Positions 52,926 through 62,857 of a DNA stretch of 64,000 nt are shown here, piece by piece. Positions within the stretch are counted from its first letter, which is position 1; every line of letters starts with the position of its first letter. The translations under genes were made by a program, and so were the position numbers. The DNA is from Deltaproteobacteria bacterium GWA2_38_16 (GTDB lineage: Bacteria; Bdellovibrionota; JACOXK01; 2-02-FULL-40-11): the NCBI GenBank assembly GCA_001797335.1, contig MGPE01000005.1, positions 39,929 to 103,928 of the forward strand, in the 5' to 3' direction. The notes under the pieces are model-generated. The model was not told where the DNA came from. It did not search any database and saw only the letters and a program-made list of their open reading frames with translations.

Positions 52926-53840
52926 TTAGTGGCTCTCATGAAATCTTAATGAACCCAAAATGGCCGTGGTAGCAGCTGAATGACTTTTCTCACGTAAGTA
53001 AGCAATATGAATGGTATTTTTAAGAGGTTTTAATGTTTTTTCTTTAAAGATGTGAAGGGATTTAGATTTTGTCCCTAACTTTAAAATATGGTGACTGGGT
53101 AAAACGCCCGCCCCTAAATCTGAAAGAATTAAAGTTGCCACTCCTTGAACATCCATGACGGTTGATCGGGTGTTGAGTGCAAAATGTTTTTTAGGGAAGT
53201 GATGATTAAACCACATGCGTAAAACCGGAGAGCCTTTTAAATAGTCAATATAGTGTAGGGATTCAAAATATTTTTTTTCTTTCCGAATGGAACCTTTCTT
53301 TTTTAAGTACGACTGAGAAGCGCAGAGAAGAAGGATTTCATCATAAGTAGGTTCTGTGTGAATTCGTCGATCAAATCCAAAAGAGTCGACAAACGCAAAA
53401 TCCAGATCTCCTTTTAAAATAAGGGCATTCATTTCGTAGGCATATCCAAAACGAATATCCAGATGAAGCAAGGGATGGGTTTTGGAAAATTGGGATAAAA
53501 TAGGGATGACACAGTTAGTGCCAAACTCAATCGGCATGCCAATGGATACGGTTCCGGAAAGTTCTTTTTGAACTCCTTGCAGGGTTTCTAGGGTGTGTTC
53601 AATAGACCAAAGACCTTGTTTGCAGCTCTCATAGAAGATTTTTGCCGGAGGTGTAGGAATGAGTTTTTGTTTAATGCGGTCAAAAAGTTTTATACCTAAG
53701 GAATCTTCTAAATTTTTCATGTGTTGGCTCACTCCGGATTGAGTCAGGTGAAGTTCTTGGGCGGATTTAGTCATGCTGTGTGTTCGGTAAACACATTCAA
53801 AAAGTCGCAGATGGTTCAAATTTAGCTTATCAATAATCAT
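52926..53840 (-). CDS. LysR family transcriptional regulator
   Basis: SMTKSAQELHLTQSGVSQHMKNLEDSLGIKLFDR HTH plus substrate-binding domain. Confidence 0.93.
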   Translation of the reverse strand: MIIDKLNLNHLRLFECVYRTHSMTKSAQELHLTQSGVSQHMKNLEDSLGIKLFDRIKQKLIPTPPAKIFYESCKQGLWSIEHTLETLQGVQKELSGTVSIGMPIEFGTNCVIPILSQFSKTHPLLHLDIRFGYAYEMNALILKGDLDFAFVDSFGFDRRIHTEPTYDEILLLCASQSYLKKKGSIRKEKKYFESLHYIDYLKGSPVLRMWFNHHFPKKHFALNTRSTVMDVQGVATLILSDLGAGVLPSHHILKLGTKSKSLHIFKEKTLKPLKNTIHIAYLREKSHSAATTAILGSLRFHESH

Positions 53841-53909
53841 AATGAGTTCATATCAATACTAATAATTTCCAATAATGCAAGGAATTAGATACATAGGTCC
53901 CATTAACAC

Positions 53910-53962
53910 GTCATCCTGAATGAAATGAAGGATCTGGATTCTTCGCTAACGCTCAGAATGAC
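53910..53962. repeat. Inverted doublet of GTCAT-tagged repeats (REPIN-like)
   Basis: GTCATCCTGAATGAAATGAAGGATCT directly followed by the reverse complement of GTCATTCTGAGCGTTAGCGAAGAATCC. Confidence 0.85.
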
Positions 53963-53987
53963 AAAACTTAAATGGAGGTATCTTAAA

Positions 53988-54566
53988 ATGAAAAAAATAA
54001 TCTTAACCGTATTAACAATAGTGTTCGTAACCACAAACGCTGGTGCGATTGTGATGAGACCTGGGCATGAAAGACCCATCTTCGGAGCCGCTATGGAAAA
54101 AGTAGATGCTCAAGGCCATTTTGAATTGGCCAGTAACATCTTTTTGGAACTTACCAAACGCGATAGTTATAGAGCCTATAATACTGACCCCACAGGCATG
54201 TTATTGACCTATACGGTTCCTTCTGTGAAATTGTCTTCAGATGAGAGTGATCAATTTGTATCTCAAAAATTGGTAATTACAGATAAAAGAGACGTGGGAT
54301 GTGGTTCTGTTCAATATATTGCCAGTCTTCGTCCAGAGCCTATTCTTCATTATTTACCTGTTGAAAAAACGCGTGAAATGCAACATCGCTTTACCGTGGT
54401 ATTAATAGATCATAGCCAACGCGTATGTGAAGACTATCGTCCCTATCTATGGGAAGCTTCTGTGAGAGAAGGATATGGCTGGTGTGGAACCATGGATGCT
54501 ACGATGGAAATCGTTGGAAATCCTGAACGAGTCTATACCATTCAACCTTTGAACGAAATAAACTAA
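53988..54566 (+). CDS. Secreted hypothetical protein
   Basis: GGAGG RBS, MKK signal peptide, GCGS and DHSQRVCED motifs. Confidence 0.7.
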   Translation: MKKIILTVLTIVFVTTNAGAIVMRPGHERPIFGAAMEKVDAQGHFELASNIFLELTKRDSYRAYNTDPTGMLLTYTVPSVKLSSDESDQFVSQKLVITDKRDVGCGSVQYIASLRPEPILHYLPVEKTREMQHRFTVVLIDHSQRVCEDYRPYLWEASVREGYGWCGTMDATMEIVGNPERVYTIQPLNEIN

Positions 54567-54579
54567 ACCGTTTTTCAAC

Positions 54580-54605
54580 TGTCATTCCCGCGCAGGCGGG
54601 AATCT
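54580..54605 (+). repeat. dRS3-like GTCAT-tagged repeat
   Basis: TGTCATTCCCGCGCAGGCGGGAATCT (ATTCCC-N8-GGGAAT). Confidence 0.85.
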
Positions 54606-54615
54606 AGTACTTTGT

Positions 54616-54654
54616 AAAATCCCTCTGGGGCTTAAACTTCAGAGGGATTTTTTT
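54616..54654 (+). terminator. Rho-independent terminator
   Basis: AAAATCCCTCTG-loop-CAGAGGGATTTTTTT. Confidence 0.8.
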
Positions 54655-54699
54655 ATGCTTATGATTTCTTTGGATCTTGCCGAAAAGAAGAGTGCTGAT

Positions 54700-56589
54700 A
54701 TGGATTTTTTATATTTTAAACAAGCAAGGCATAAGTTATTGAAATTAAAAGAGAAATTCGAATCCTTTTCTCTTCGTAAAAAACTATTGTGCCTAGTAGG
54801 GGTGCTTAGCTTTTTAATTTTTGTGAGTGGGATTATTGCCTTTCAGGGAGTGCAACGGGTTTATCGCCTTTCTTACCCTATTGCAAAAACAGGCTATCCC
54901 CTGGCTTCTTCGGTCATGAATGCGCTTCATTCTCTGGAATTTTCAAGAGCCTTGGCAATTCAATATGCCCTGGAGCAAGATTCTTTTAGAATTTCATTTT
55001 TAAAAAAGCAATTTGACGATGCCTTTCAATCATCTAAAGAAGAATTAGAAAAAGTGTCAGAAATCCCTGCTCTTTCTAAAGAATTAAAATCTCATTGGGG
55101 AGATATTAAAAAATCTCAGGAAAAATTTGAGGCAGTCAGTATTTTACTCATGACGGCTCATGAAGATCAACTGAAACTCTCTCTTTCTCGCTATGATGAA
55201 ATTAAAGAAGCCAATCGCATTGTTCAAGAAATAATTCAAAAATTAAATTCTATCTCAGGGAAATATGCCAAAAATAATACCCTTCAATTTACGAACATTG
55301 CGCTTCAGGTAATGCTCTTAGAGCAGCGGTATTTATATCAACCCGCGCTATCAACACCTCTTTCTTTAACACCAGAAAAAAGTAAAGAAGAAGAAACTCG
55401 CATTATTCAAAGCAAAGAAAAATTTCGCTCTTATATGGTGCAATTTTCAAAAAGTTTTGAGGTATTTAAACAATTATTTCAGCCCAAAGATCAAAAAGAA
55501 TTGCAAGCGGTCACGGTACTCTACACCCGATTTTGTGAAAAAGTGGAAGGAGAAGACGGTGTTTTTCTCATTAGTGAAGATGAAGTTTCAAAGCTGGGAA
55601 CTGTTTCCTTTCAACTTGATGAGCTTCAAAAAACCTATGAAGACGGGGCTTTGGTGGGACGGAAAGTTCAAAAGATACTGTCTAGTCAAATGCAAACCGC
55701 TAGTTCAGCTATTTTAGGTTTGAAACGTTCTTCATATTTAACCATTTTAGGATTTACCCTTTTATTTATGATGTGCGGCATTGTTTTGGGAACGTTGATT
55801 TCAAAAAGTATTCTTTTCCTTGAAAAAAATATTCAAGAAAGAACCGAAGCTTTGACTCAGGCTAATTTAAAGCTCTTGCAAGCCAATGAACTGAAATCTC
55901 AGTTTTTATCTAATATGTCTCATGATTTAAGAACTCCCTTAAATAGTATTTTAGGATTTACGCAAATTGTGCTTTCAGACAAAGGGAATTTATCCCTTCA
56001 ACAGACGAAAAATTTGAATAATGTTTTAAAGCATGGGCAAGAACTTCTTCAGATGATCAATCTAATTTTAGAGTTTTCTAAAATGCAGGCCGCACAACTG
56101 AAAATAAGTGTCGAAGAATTTTCCTTTGAGACTTTATTAGATGAATGTTTGGAAGCAGCCGAAGTTTTAATTCATGGAAAAAAAATTACGCTCCTAAAAG
56201 AAGTTCAAACCCACCTTCCTCATCTTCAAACAGATCGAGCTAAAATAAAGCGCATTCTTTTAAACCTTCTTTCCAATGCTGCTAAATTTACAGAGAAAGG
56301 AAGCATTAAGGTTTCTGTAAGACAGAAAGAAGAGTGCCTTTGTTTTTCGGTCACCGATACGGGGAAAGGGATTTCACAAGAACATCTTTTTACGGTATTT
56401 CAAGAATTTAATAATACCTCAACGCACCCAGAAAGTTCTGGATTAGGACTGGCGATTTGTAAAAACTTTGTCACGATTTTAGGAGGAACTATTGATCTAG
56501 AAAGTGTTCCTGGAAATGGGACCATATTGACAGTAAAAATTCCTTTTATTTATCAATCTAAAGAAGAAAAATTAAAGGAGGCGGCATAG
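54700..56589 (+). CDS. Membrane sensor histidine kinase with large helical periplasmic domain
   Basis: 2 TM, KSQFLSNMSHDLRTPLN, NAAKFT, DTGKGI, GLGL. Start uncertain. Confidence 0.9.
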   Translation: MDFLYFKQARHKLLKLKEKFESFSLRKKLLCLVGVLSFLIFVSGIIAFQGVQRVYRLSYPIAKTGYPLASSVMNALHSLEFSRALAIQYALEQDSFRISFLKKQFDDAFQSSKEELEKVSEIPALSKELKSHWGDIKKSQEKFEAVSILLMTAHEDQLKLSLSRYDEIKEANRIVQEIIQKLNSISGKYAKNNTLQFTNIALQVMLLEQRYLYQPALSTPLSLTPEKSKEEETRIIQSKEKFRSYMVQFSKSFEVFKQLFQPKDQKELQAVTVLYTRFCEKVEGEDGVFLISEDEVSKLGTVSFQLDELQKTYEDGALVGRKVQKILSSQMQTASSAILGLKRSSYLTILGFTLLFMMCGIVLGTLISKSILFLEKNIQERTEALTQANLKLLQANELKSQFLSNMSHDLRTPLNSILGFTQIVLSDKGNLSLQQTKNLNNVLKHGQELLQMINLILEFSKMQAAQLKISVEEFSFETLLDECLEAAEVLIHGKKITLLKEVQTHLPHLQTDRAKIKRILLNLLSNAAKFTEKGSIKVSVRQKEECLCFSVTDTGKGISQEHLFTVFQEFNNTSTHPESSGLGLAICKNFVTILGGTIDLESVPGNGTILTVKIPFIYQSKEEKLKEAA

Positions 56590-56590
56590 C

Positions 56591-57679
56591 GTGGCTACAA
56601 AATCAAAAATTTTAATTGTAGATGATGTGAAAGATAATGTGGATATTTTAGACCAGTATTTTAAATTAAAAGAGTTTGAGACAATTTTGGCATATGGTGG
56701 GAAAGAAGCCATTGAAAAAGCAGAGAAATTTGAGCCTGATATTATTCTTCTAGATATTATGATGCCCGATCTCGATGGATTTCGGGTGTGCGAAATTTTA
56801 AAAAAAGAAAGAACTCATTTTAAAAACATTCCCATTATTTTAGTAACGGCGAAAGATGACGTAGAGAGCAAAGTCAAAGGACTTTCTCTTGGGGCAGATG
56901 ACTATGTGACCAAACCCTTTAGTGTTCAAGAACTGGAAGCGCGTGTCAGATCCGCCCTTCGGTTAAAGAAAGCACTGGAAGAGTTAAAAGAGCTCAATGA
57001 GCTTAAAAACCAATTTTTAGGAATGGCGAGCCACGATATTAAAGGCCCTATTGGACGTATTGAAAAATTAACAGAAGAACTACTTTTGAAAAAAGAAAAA
57101 AGTTGGACACCGGAGCAATTGGAGCATCTAAAAAAAGTAAAACAAGAAGCGGAAGTTGTTTTTAACCTGATTTCAGATCTTTTAAATGTGGTCAAAATTG
57201 AAGCTGGAAAAGTAGGAGTTGAATTTCAAAAGGTCAATGTGGAAAAATTGATTGAAGAAGTATTTAAAATGAATGAAATGGCAGCCGGTGCCAAAAAACT
57301 TCACATTAAAACGGTGATTGATCCTAAAGTTCCAGAAGTGTTGGCAGATCCCTTGCGTTTGTTAGAAGTATTAGAAAATTTGATTACGAACGCCATGAAA
57401 TTTTCAAAATCTGGCGGGGATATTACGATTCAACTTAAAAAAGTAAAAAAGGGTATTGAAATTACAATTTCAGATCAAGGGGTGGGAATTCCAGAAAAAG
57501 AACTTCCAAGACTGTTTGATCGATTTGCCAGACTTTCCCCTCAGCCCACGGCGGGAGAGAAGGGAACGGGACTGGGCTTATCCATTTGTAAGCAAATTAT
57601 TGATCTCCACAAAGGGACCATTGCTGCCAAAAGTGAAGTGGGGCATGGGACGACGTTTACGATCTTTCTTCCTGGTTAA
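56591..57679 (+). CDS. REC-histidine kinase hybrid
   Basis: ILIVDD, LLDIMMP, ASHDIKGP, NAMKFS, DQGVGI, GTGLGL. Confidence 0.92.
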   Translation: MATKSKILIVDDVKDNVDILDQYFKLKEFETILAYGGKEAIEKAEKFEPDIILLDIMMPDLDGFRVCEILKKERTHFKNIPIILVTAKDDVESKVKGLSLGADDYVTKPFSVQELEARVRSALRLKKALEELKELNELKNQFLGMASHDIKGPIGRIEKLTEELLLKKEKSWTPEQLEHLKKVKQEAEVVFNLISDLLNVVKIEAGKVGVEFQKVNVEKLIEEVFKMNEMAAGAKKLHIKTVIDPKVPEVLADPLRLLEVLENLITNAMKFSKSGGDITIQLKKVKKGIEITISDQGVGIPEKELPRLFDRFARLSPQPTAGEKGTGLGLSICKQIIDLHKGTIAAKSEVGHGTTFTIFLPG

Positions 57680-57695
57680 TTTCATGCTATGAGCT

Positions 57696-59561
57696 TTGAG
57701 TATGGCTCAATCGTGGATTGTTACGCTACATCCGAGTGTTCACTATAAACTTCAAACAGAGTATCAAGATGCAAGGGCTTCTATTATTTCTATAGAGACG
57801 CTGGCTCAGAAATTTATTCAACAAAAGCCTGTCATCCCGGACAAATCGCTTGATATTAAATTTGAGTGGAGAGGGGCTATCGAACGATATATTGAATGTT
57901 TAAAATCTCACAAAGTATCTCCGAAAGAATTTCAAAAAGTAGCGCACAGCTTTCCTTCATTTAAAAAGGATTTTTATGTAAAGGTAGCAGAGGTGTATGC
58001 AGCGCATGAAGAGTCGGGTGGCATGAAGAGTCGGCGACAGGACCCGGAAGGCTATGTAGATAGAGATAAAATAATGGTTCTGGCGCATCAGCTTTCCCCC
58101 GTACAAGAAGAGTTCCTAGAGCACTTATCCACGTTTGCAGAAGTAAAAAAAATTAGCACTCTTTCATCAGCCCTTAAGCCCTCTCCTTTGACTGTCTGGG
58201 AAGCCCCTACCCAGGAAAGTGAAATTAATTCTATTGCCCAAGAAATTGGTAAGCTCATTAAGAAAAAAACGCCTCTTTCTTCTATTTACATTTTTAGTGG
58301 TGATCTGGAACGCCAAAAATCAGATTTTAAAGTTATCTTTAATCGTGAACATATTCCTTATTCTTTTTGGAATGACGTTAGAGATACCGTCGAGTGTGTT
58401 TCTATTTTTCCTTTTGAGCCTAATACCGTTGTTTTTGGTGAGATGGGAGCCGTTTTTATTTCAGGAGCTTCTTATGTGGCCAAAGACGCTTTTTTAATGA
58501 CGGAAGATGAAAGAAGCTATTTTAATGAGAAGCTGGGAAAGAATGTTTTTAAAACACAGGCTGAAACAAAAGAAGAAACAAAAGAACTTTTGTCTTTTTT
58601 GATAAGCCATTCCAAAAAACTGTATGTGAGTTATACGCATCATCTGACGGTTTCATTTAAAGAATTTTTAGAAGAGCATAAAAATTATTCTTTTAAAAAA
58701 CTCGCCTTTCAATCGGAACTGGCAGAACGAGTGCCTCAAGTAATTTTAAAATCTTTAAAGCCTCTTTCTTTGCTAGTACTCAAGCAAAAAAAAGAAGAGA
58801 TTTTACCCCAGAGCTATTCTGTTCGAGCGCTCACCCAATATGAGCGGTGCCCCTATGGATTTTTGTTGAAGGAATGCTTGCATTTAGAGCCTGAAAAAAA
58901 AATAACTTCTGAATTGTCCTATGCTGAAGAAGGGGAGCTCGTTCATACTATTTTATTTAGATATTTTACAAAACCTAGTTCTTTAGAAAAATGTTGTGAA
59001 GAAGCATATGCTGTGATTTCGGATAAGTTTAAAAAAGAAATTTTATATCCTGACCGTTTAAGGATTGAAAAAGGGCTAAGCCACTTTTTAAAAGCAGAAA
59101 AAGAATGGCAAACAAAAAGCCGGTTTACTCCAACATTTTTTGAACGCCCTTTTGATAAATTCCCTCTTTCTTGGAAAGGAAAAACTATTTATCTTCGAGG
59201 AAAGATTGACCGCATTGATATCGATGAAAAAACAAAAGAATTTAAGGTCATTGATTATAAAACAGGATCTCATATCCCTAAAAGTTTTCAACTTCAATTG
59301 TATGCTATGGCGATGGAAACACTGTTTTTGAAAGGGTATCATGTGGCAGAGGGTGTTTTTTATATGCTTAAAAATAGTGAAATGAAAAAAGGGTTTGAGT
59401 GCCCGACGCTTTCTGAATGGCAGTTGGAAAAAGAAAAAACAGTAGAAAAAATATTTGAGCTTGTCCACCAAATTGAATCTTTCTCTTTTCCCGCTACTCC
59501 GCATACCTGCTATGATTCTTGTGAAACAAAAAATGTGTGCGAACATACAGAAAATATTTGA
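57696..59561 (+). CDS. addB: AddB-like PD-(D/E)XK nuclease with Fe-S staple
   Basis: YSVRALTQYERCPY, GELVH, RGKIDRID, VIDYKTG, QLQLY, C-terminal Cys cluster. Confidence 0.7.
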   Translation: MSMAQSWIVTLHPSVHYKLQTEYQDARASIISIETLAQKFIQQKPVIPDKSLDIKFEWRGAIERYIECLKSHKVSPKEFQKVAHSFPSFKKDFYVKVAEVYAAHEESGGMKSRRQDPEGYVDRDKIMVLAHQLSPVQEEFLEHLSTFAEVKKISTLSSALKPSPLTVWEAPTQESEINSIAQEIGKLIKKKTPLSSIYIFSGDLERQKSDFKVIFNREHIPYSFWNDVRDTVECVSIFPFEPNTVVFGEMGAVFISGASYVAKDAFLMTEDERSYFNEKLGKNVFKTQAETKEETKELLSFLISHSKKLYVSYTHHLTVSFKEFLEEHKNYSFKKLAFQSELAERVPQVILKSLKPLSLLVLKQKKEEILPQSYSVRALTQYERCPYGFLLKECLHLEPEKKITSELSYAEEGELVHTILFRYFTKPSSLEKCCEEAYAVISDKFKKEILYPDRLRIEKGLSHFLKAEKEWQTKSRFTPTFFERPFDKFPLSWKGKTIYLRGKIDRIDIDEKTKEFKVIDYKTGSHIPKSFQLQLYAMAMETLFLKGYHVAEGVFYMLKNSEMKKGFECPTLSEWQLEKEKTVEKIFELVHQIESFSFPATPHTCYDSCETKNVCEHTENI

Positions 59562-59599
59562 CACGGGTTTTCATTTTTTAGTACTTTGTCTAAATCGTT

Positions 59600-59878
59600 G
59601 TGAATAAAACTGAACTTATTGAAAAGCTAGCCAAAGAAAATGTAATTACGAGGCGTGAATCTGAAAAAGTCATCAATATCGTTATTGATACCATTCAAAA
59701 AGCCCTCAAAAAAAGAGAAGATGTTAAAATTTCTGGATTTGGCCGCTGGTTTGTGAATCATCGAAAGGGGCGGGTGGTAAAAAATCCACAAACAGGTGAA
59801 AAAATTACCATTCATTCTTTCTATATTCCTACTTTTCGGCCTGCCAAACAGCTTAAGAATATTTTGCGCTCTTCCTAA
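59600..59878 (+). CDS. HU/IHF family DNA-binding protein
   Basis: MNKTELIEKLA, VKISGFG, KNPQTGEKITI, PTFRPAKQLK. Confidence 0.93.
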   Translation: MNKTELIEKLAKENVITRRESEKVINIVIDTIQKALKKREDVKISGFGRWFVNHRKGRVVKNPQTGEKITIHSFYIPTFRPAKQLKNILRSS

Positions 59879-59885
59879 AAATATG

Positions 59886-59939
59886 TGATACACAACGCTT
59901 GTGGATAACAGGTTCTTTTCTGTGATTTTTGGTGTATAA
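59886..59939. promoter_or_regulatory. DnaA-box cluster
   Basis: TGTGGATAA (59900-59908, perfect), TGATACACA and GGTGTATAA (one mismatch each). Confidence 0.45.
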
Positions 59940-59981
59940 GCTTCGGATATAGTTTAATTTTTAGAAAATTGTTCTTTTTTT

Positions 59982-61979
59982 ATGCACACGTTAACGCAAG
60001 AAAAAATCATTCAAAGTCAGGCTCAATCTGTAGTGGTAGAGGCTCAACCCGGCAGTGGGAAAACCAGAATTTTAGTAGAACGATTGGTGACGTATATTCA
60101 AAAATATGGGATTAAGCCAGAATCCATCGTAGCCATTACCTTTACAGAAAAAGCAGCTCATGAAATTAAAGAACGCATTCAGAATAAAGTAGATATTCCT
60201 ATTGAAAAATGTTGGATATCCACCATTCATGGATTTTGTCACCGCATTCTAAGAGAAACAACGCCTATTGATTTTTTAATTTTAACGCAAGAGCAGGCTC
60301 TCTTTTTAAAAGATCAGGCCATTGAACAATCTTTAAAAGAGCTGGTGGATCGTCGAGATCCTTCTGTGATTTCTCTTTTATCTCAAGATGGATTTCCAAA
60401 ATTAAAAACGCTTCTTATGTTTTTATTTTCAAAGCGGGAAACCCTCCATTTTCTTAAAGAAGATCTTAAAGTAGATCCTCTATCTTTAGATTTTTATAAG
60501 AATCTTTTTTGTGTATTTGAGCATGTGAAAGGCCATTATGAAAAAGCCAAACAAAAGCGGAGTGCCTATGATTTTGATGATCTTTTAATCAAATGTGTGG
60601 AGCTCTTAAAACAAAATACATTGGTTTTATCGCATTATCGGAAACTTTTTAAACTCATCATGGTGGATGAATTTCAAGATACTAATGATATTCAGCGAGA
60701 GATTGTTGAGTTTTTTAGGGATTTTGTTTCTTTAATGATTGTAGGAGATCCCAAGCAATCCATTTATCGATTTAGGGGGGCAGAAGTGTCTCTCTTTTAT
60801 GATGTAAAACAAGATATGCTTCAAAAAGAAGGTTTTTGTTTTGAAATGGTCGAAAATTTTAGGAGTACTCAAAGACTTATTGAATTTACAAATGCTTTAT
60901 TTAAACCCTTGTTGGAATCTAGATTTCAAGCGTCTTTGCCAGCACGGACGCAAGAATTTGGTAACCCTATAGAATATTGGAAACGAAAAGAAGATGAAAA
61001 TACGTTAACGGCTGAAGAAGGGCGCATTCAAGAAGCCGCCTGGATGGCACGGCATTTAAAAAAAGTTAAAAAGAAAACATCCTCCTCCTCTTGGTCTGAT
61101 ATGGCCATTTTATTTCGTGCGATGACTTTTAGTCATATTTATGAAGAGGCGCTGACCCAAGAAGGCATTCCCTGGGTGAGAACGGATGGTGGATATGTTT
61201 ATGAGAGTCAAGAAGTGTGTGAACTCGTGTCTCTTTTAAAATGGGTGTTAAATCCTCAAGATGATTATGCCCTATGGAATGTGTGTATTTCAAGTTGGAG
61301 TGGTCTTTCCTCAAAAGTGATTACCTCCTTAGGGATTGAACGTGCCAGAAGAAGGCTAAAGCTCTATGATCTTTTACAGGAGAAAAAAGACATTCAGAAA
61401 TTTTTGGTCTTACTTCAGCAGCTTGTAGAACAAAAAGAAAAGATGTCTTTGGAAGAGTGGTATCGGCTTCTTCCGTTGGTGTTTACCAAACATGTGTATA
61501 AGTTTTTAAGAATTGTGAGAGAATTTGAAGCCCAAAATCCCCAAAGTTCTTGGAAGGATTTTTTACAGTATGTAGAAGCCTTGCAAAAATATGGGATAGC
61601 TGCTTCTGAACCTCCCCAAGATATCGAGCAAGAAGGGGTAAGGCTTTTAACCATTCATCAATCTAAGGGATTAGAATTTGATACGGTTTTAATTCCGGAT
61701 ATGAGTTATTTGCCCAGAGGAGAAAGCTCTTGGGTTTTAATTGACAAAAAATTAGGGTTTGGATTAAAGGGAGATGCTATTTATACGGAAATTAAGAAAC
61801 AAGAACAGGAACTAGATTTGGCTGAATCAAAACGTCTTTTTTATGTGGCTGTTACCCGGGCTAAAAATCATCTTATTTTATCCCACAGTTCAAAAAAACC
61901 AAAAATTCATACCTGGGCTCGTTTTATGGATGACTATAAACCTCTTTTAATGTCTTATATCCAAGAAGGAGAATTTTAA
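59982..61979 (+). CDS. addA: UvrD/AddA-like SF1A helicase lacking the C-terminal nuclease
   Basis: AQPGSGKT, AITFTEKAA, STIHGFC, VDEFQDTN, VGDPKQSIYRFRGA, NFRS, TIHQSKGLEF, RLFYVAVTRA. Confidence 0.75.
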   Translation: MHTLTQEKIIQSQAQSVVVEAQPGSGKTRILVERLVTYIQKYGIKPESIVAITFTEKAAHEIKERIQNKVDIPIEKCWISTIHGFCHRILRETTPIDFLILTQEQALFLKDQAIEQSLKELVDRRDPSVISLLSQDGFPKLKTLLMFLFSKRETLHFLKEDLKVDPLSLDFYKNLFCVFEHVKGHYEKAKQKRSAYDFDDLLIKCVELLKQNTLVLSHYRKLFKLIMVDEFQDTNDIQREIVEFFRDFVSLMIVGDPKQSIYRFRGAEVSLFYDVKQDMLQKEGFCFEMVENFRSTQRLIEFTNALFKPLLESRFQASLPARTQEFGNPIEYWKRKEDENTLTAEEGRIQEAAWMARHLKKVKKKTSSSSWSDMAILFRAMTFSHIYEEALTQEGIPWVRTDGGYVYESQEVCELVSLLKWVLNPQDDYALWNVCISSWSGLSSKVITSLGIERARRRLKLYDLLQEKKDIQKFLVLLQQLVEQKEKMSLEEWYRLLPLVFTKHVYKFLRIVREFEAQNPQSSWKDFLQYVEALQKYGIAASEPPQDIEQEGVRLLTIHQSKGLEFDTVLIPDMSYLPRGESSWVLIDKKLGFGLKGDAIYTEIKKQEQELDLAESKRLFYVAVTRAKNHLILSHSSKKPKIHTWARFMDDYKPLLMSYIQEGEF

Positions 61980-61984
61980 AAACG

Positions 61985-62857
61985 GTGAGCGATCTTCAGT
62001 ATCAATATTTTAAAGGATTTTTTGAGGGTCATGAAAAATATATTTTAACCTATCAATCGTGGAGACCCATCTTTTGTGAAAAAGTGGTTGTTCTGCTTCA
62101 TGGGTTAGGGGAGCATGTGGGACGGTATACTCCCTTGATTGAGGCTTTTAAAAATAAGGGAATTGCGTTTTACGGATATGATCAACGAGGGCATGGATTA
62201 TCGAATGGAAAAAGAGGACATGTGCCTAGCTTTCAACATTTGGCAGAAGATTTTTTAAGATTTTTAAAATTGGTATCCGTTCATGAAAATAATAGGCCTT
62301 TATTTGTATTTGCACACAGCTTGGGAGGGCTTGTGTGTTTAAATTATCTCATCGATTATCATCAAAAAGGAGGGGTTTTACCCCAAGGCGTTATCCTTTC
62401 AAATCCCATTATCAAATTGGCGCTTGTCCCACCGGCATGGAAAGTAAAATTAGCGACTACGGTTTCAAAAATTTTACCCGGGCTTTTATTTCATAATGAA
62501 GTAAATTTGAATGACTTATCTCATGATCCAAAAATTGCTGAAAGCTTTGATCAAGATCCCTTGTGTCATCAAAAAATTTCTGCTGGCTTTTATGTGGAAA
62601 TGCTCAAAGCCATGGAAAGGGTAAAAAATAACCCAGGGGCGATTTTGGCCCCTACGCTGATGCTCTTGGGTGGCCAAGATCGGGTGATTGATCCAAAAGA
62701 GAGCCAGGAATTTTTTTCAAATATGAAAGCCCAAAAATCTTTAAAGCTGTATCCCACTTTTTATCATGAGCTGGTTCATGAAATTGGAAAAGAAAAAGTG
62801 TTTGTAGATATAGACGAGTGGATTCTTGGGTTTCAAGAAAAAGTGAGTGTGGGATGA
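61985..62857 (+). CDS. Lysophospholipase / monoacylglycerol lipase (alpha/beta hydrolase)
   Basis: HGLGEHVGRY, DQRGHGLS, AHSLGG, YHELVHE. Confidence 0.9.
   Translation: MSDLQYQYFKGFFEGHEKYILTYQSWRPIFCEKVVVLLHGLGEHVGRYTPLIEAFKNKGIAFYGYDQRGHGLSNGKRGHVPSFQHLAEDFLRFLKLVSVHENNRPLFVFAHSLGGLVCLNYLIDYHQKGGVLPQGVILSNPIIKLALVPPAWKVKLATTVSKILPGLLFHNEVNLNDLSHDPKIAESFDQDPLCHQKISAGFYVEMLKAMERVKNNPGAILAPTLMLLGGQDRVIDPKESQEFFSNMKAQKSLKLYPTFYHELVHEIGKEKVFVDIDEWILGFQEKVSVG

Noticed and set aside
53925-53987. N-terminal extension of the 53925 ORF
   Set aside because: Derived from the repeat doublet; the RBS and signal peptide indicate a start at 53988.
58004-58034. 14-bp direct repeat GCATGAAGAGTCGG inside addB
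   Set aside because: A short local duplication with no recognisable element or function.
59880-59980. oriC
   Set aside because: Only three boxes, no dnaA/dnaN/gidA context, and no switch in gene-strand bias across the site.
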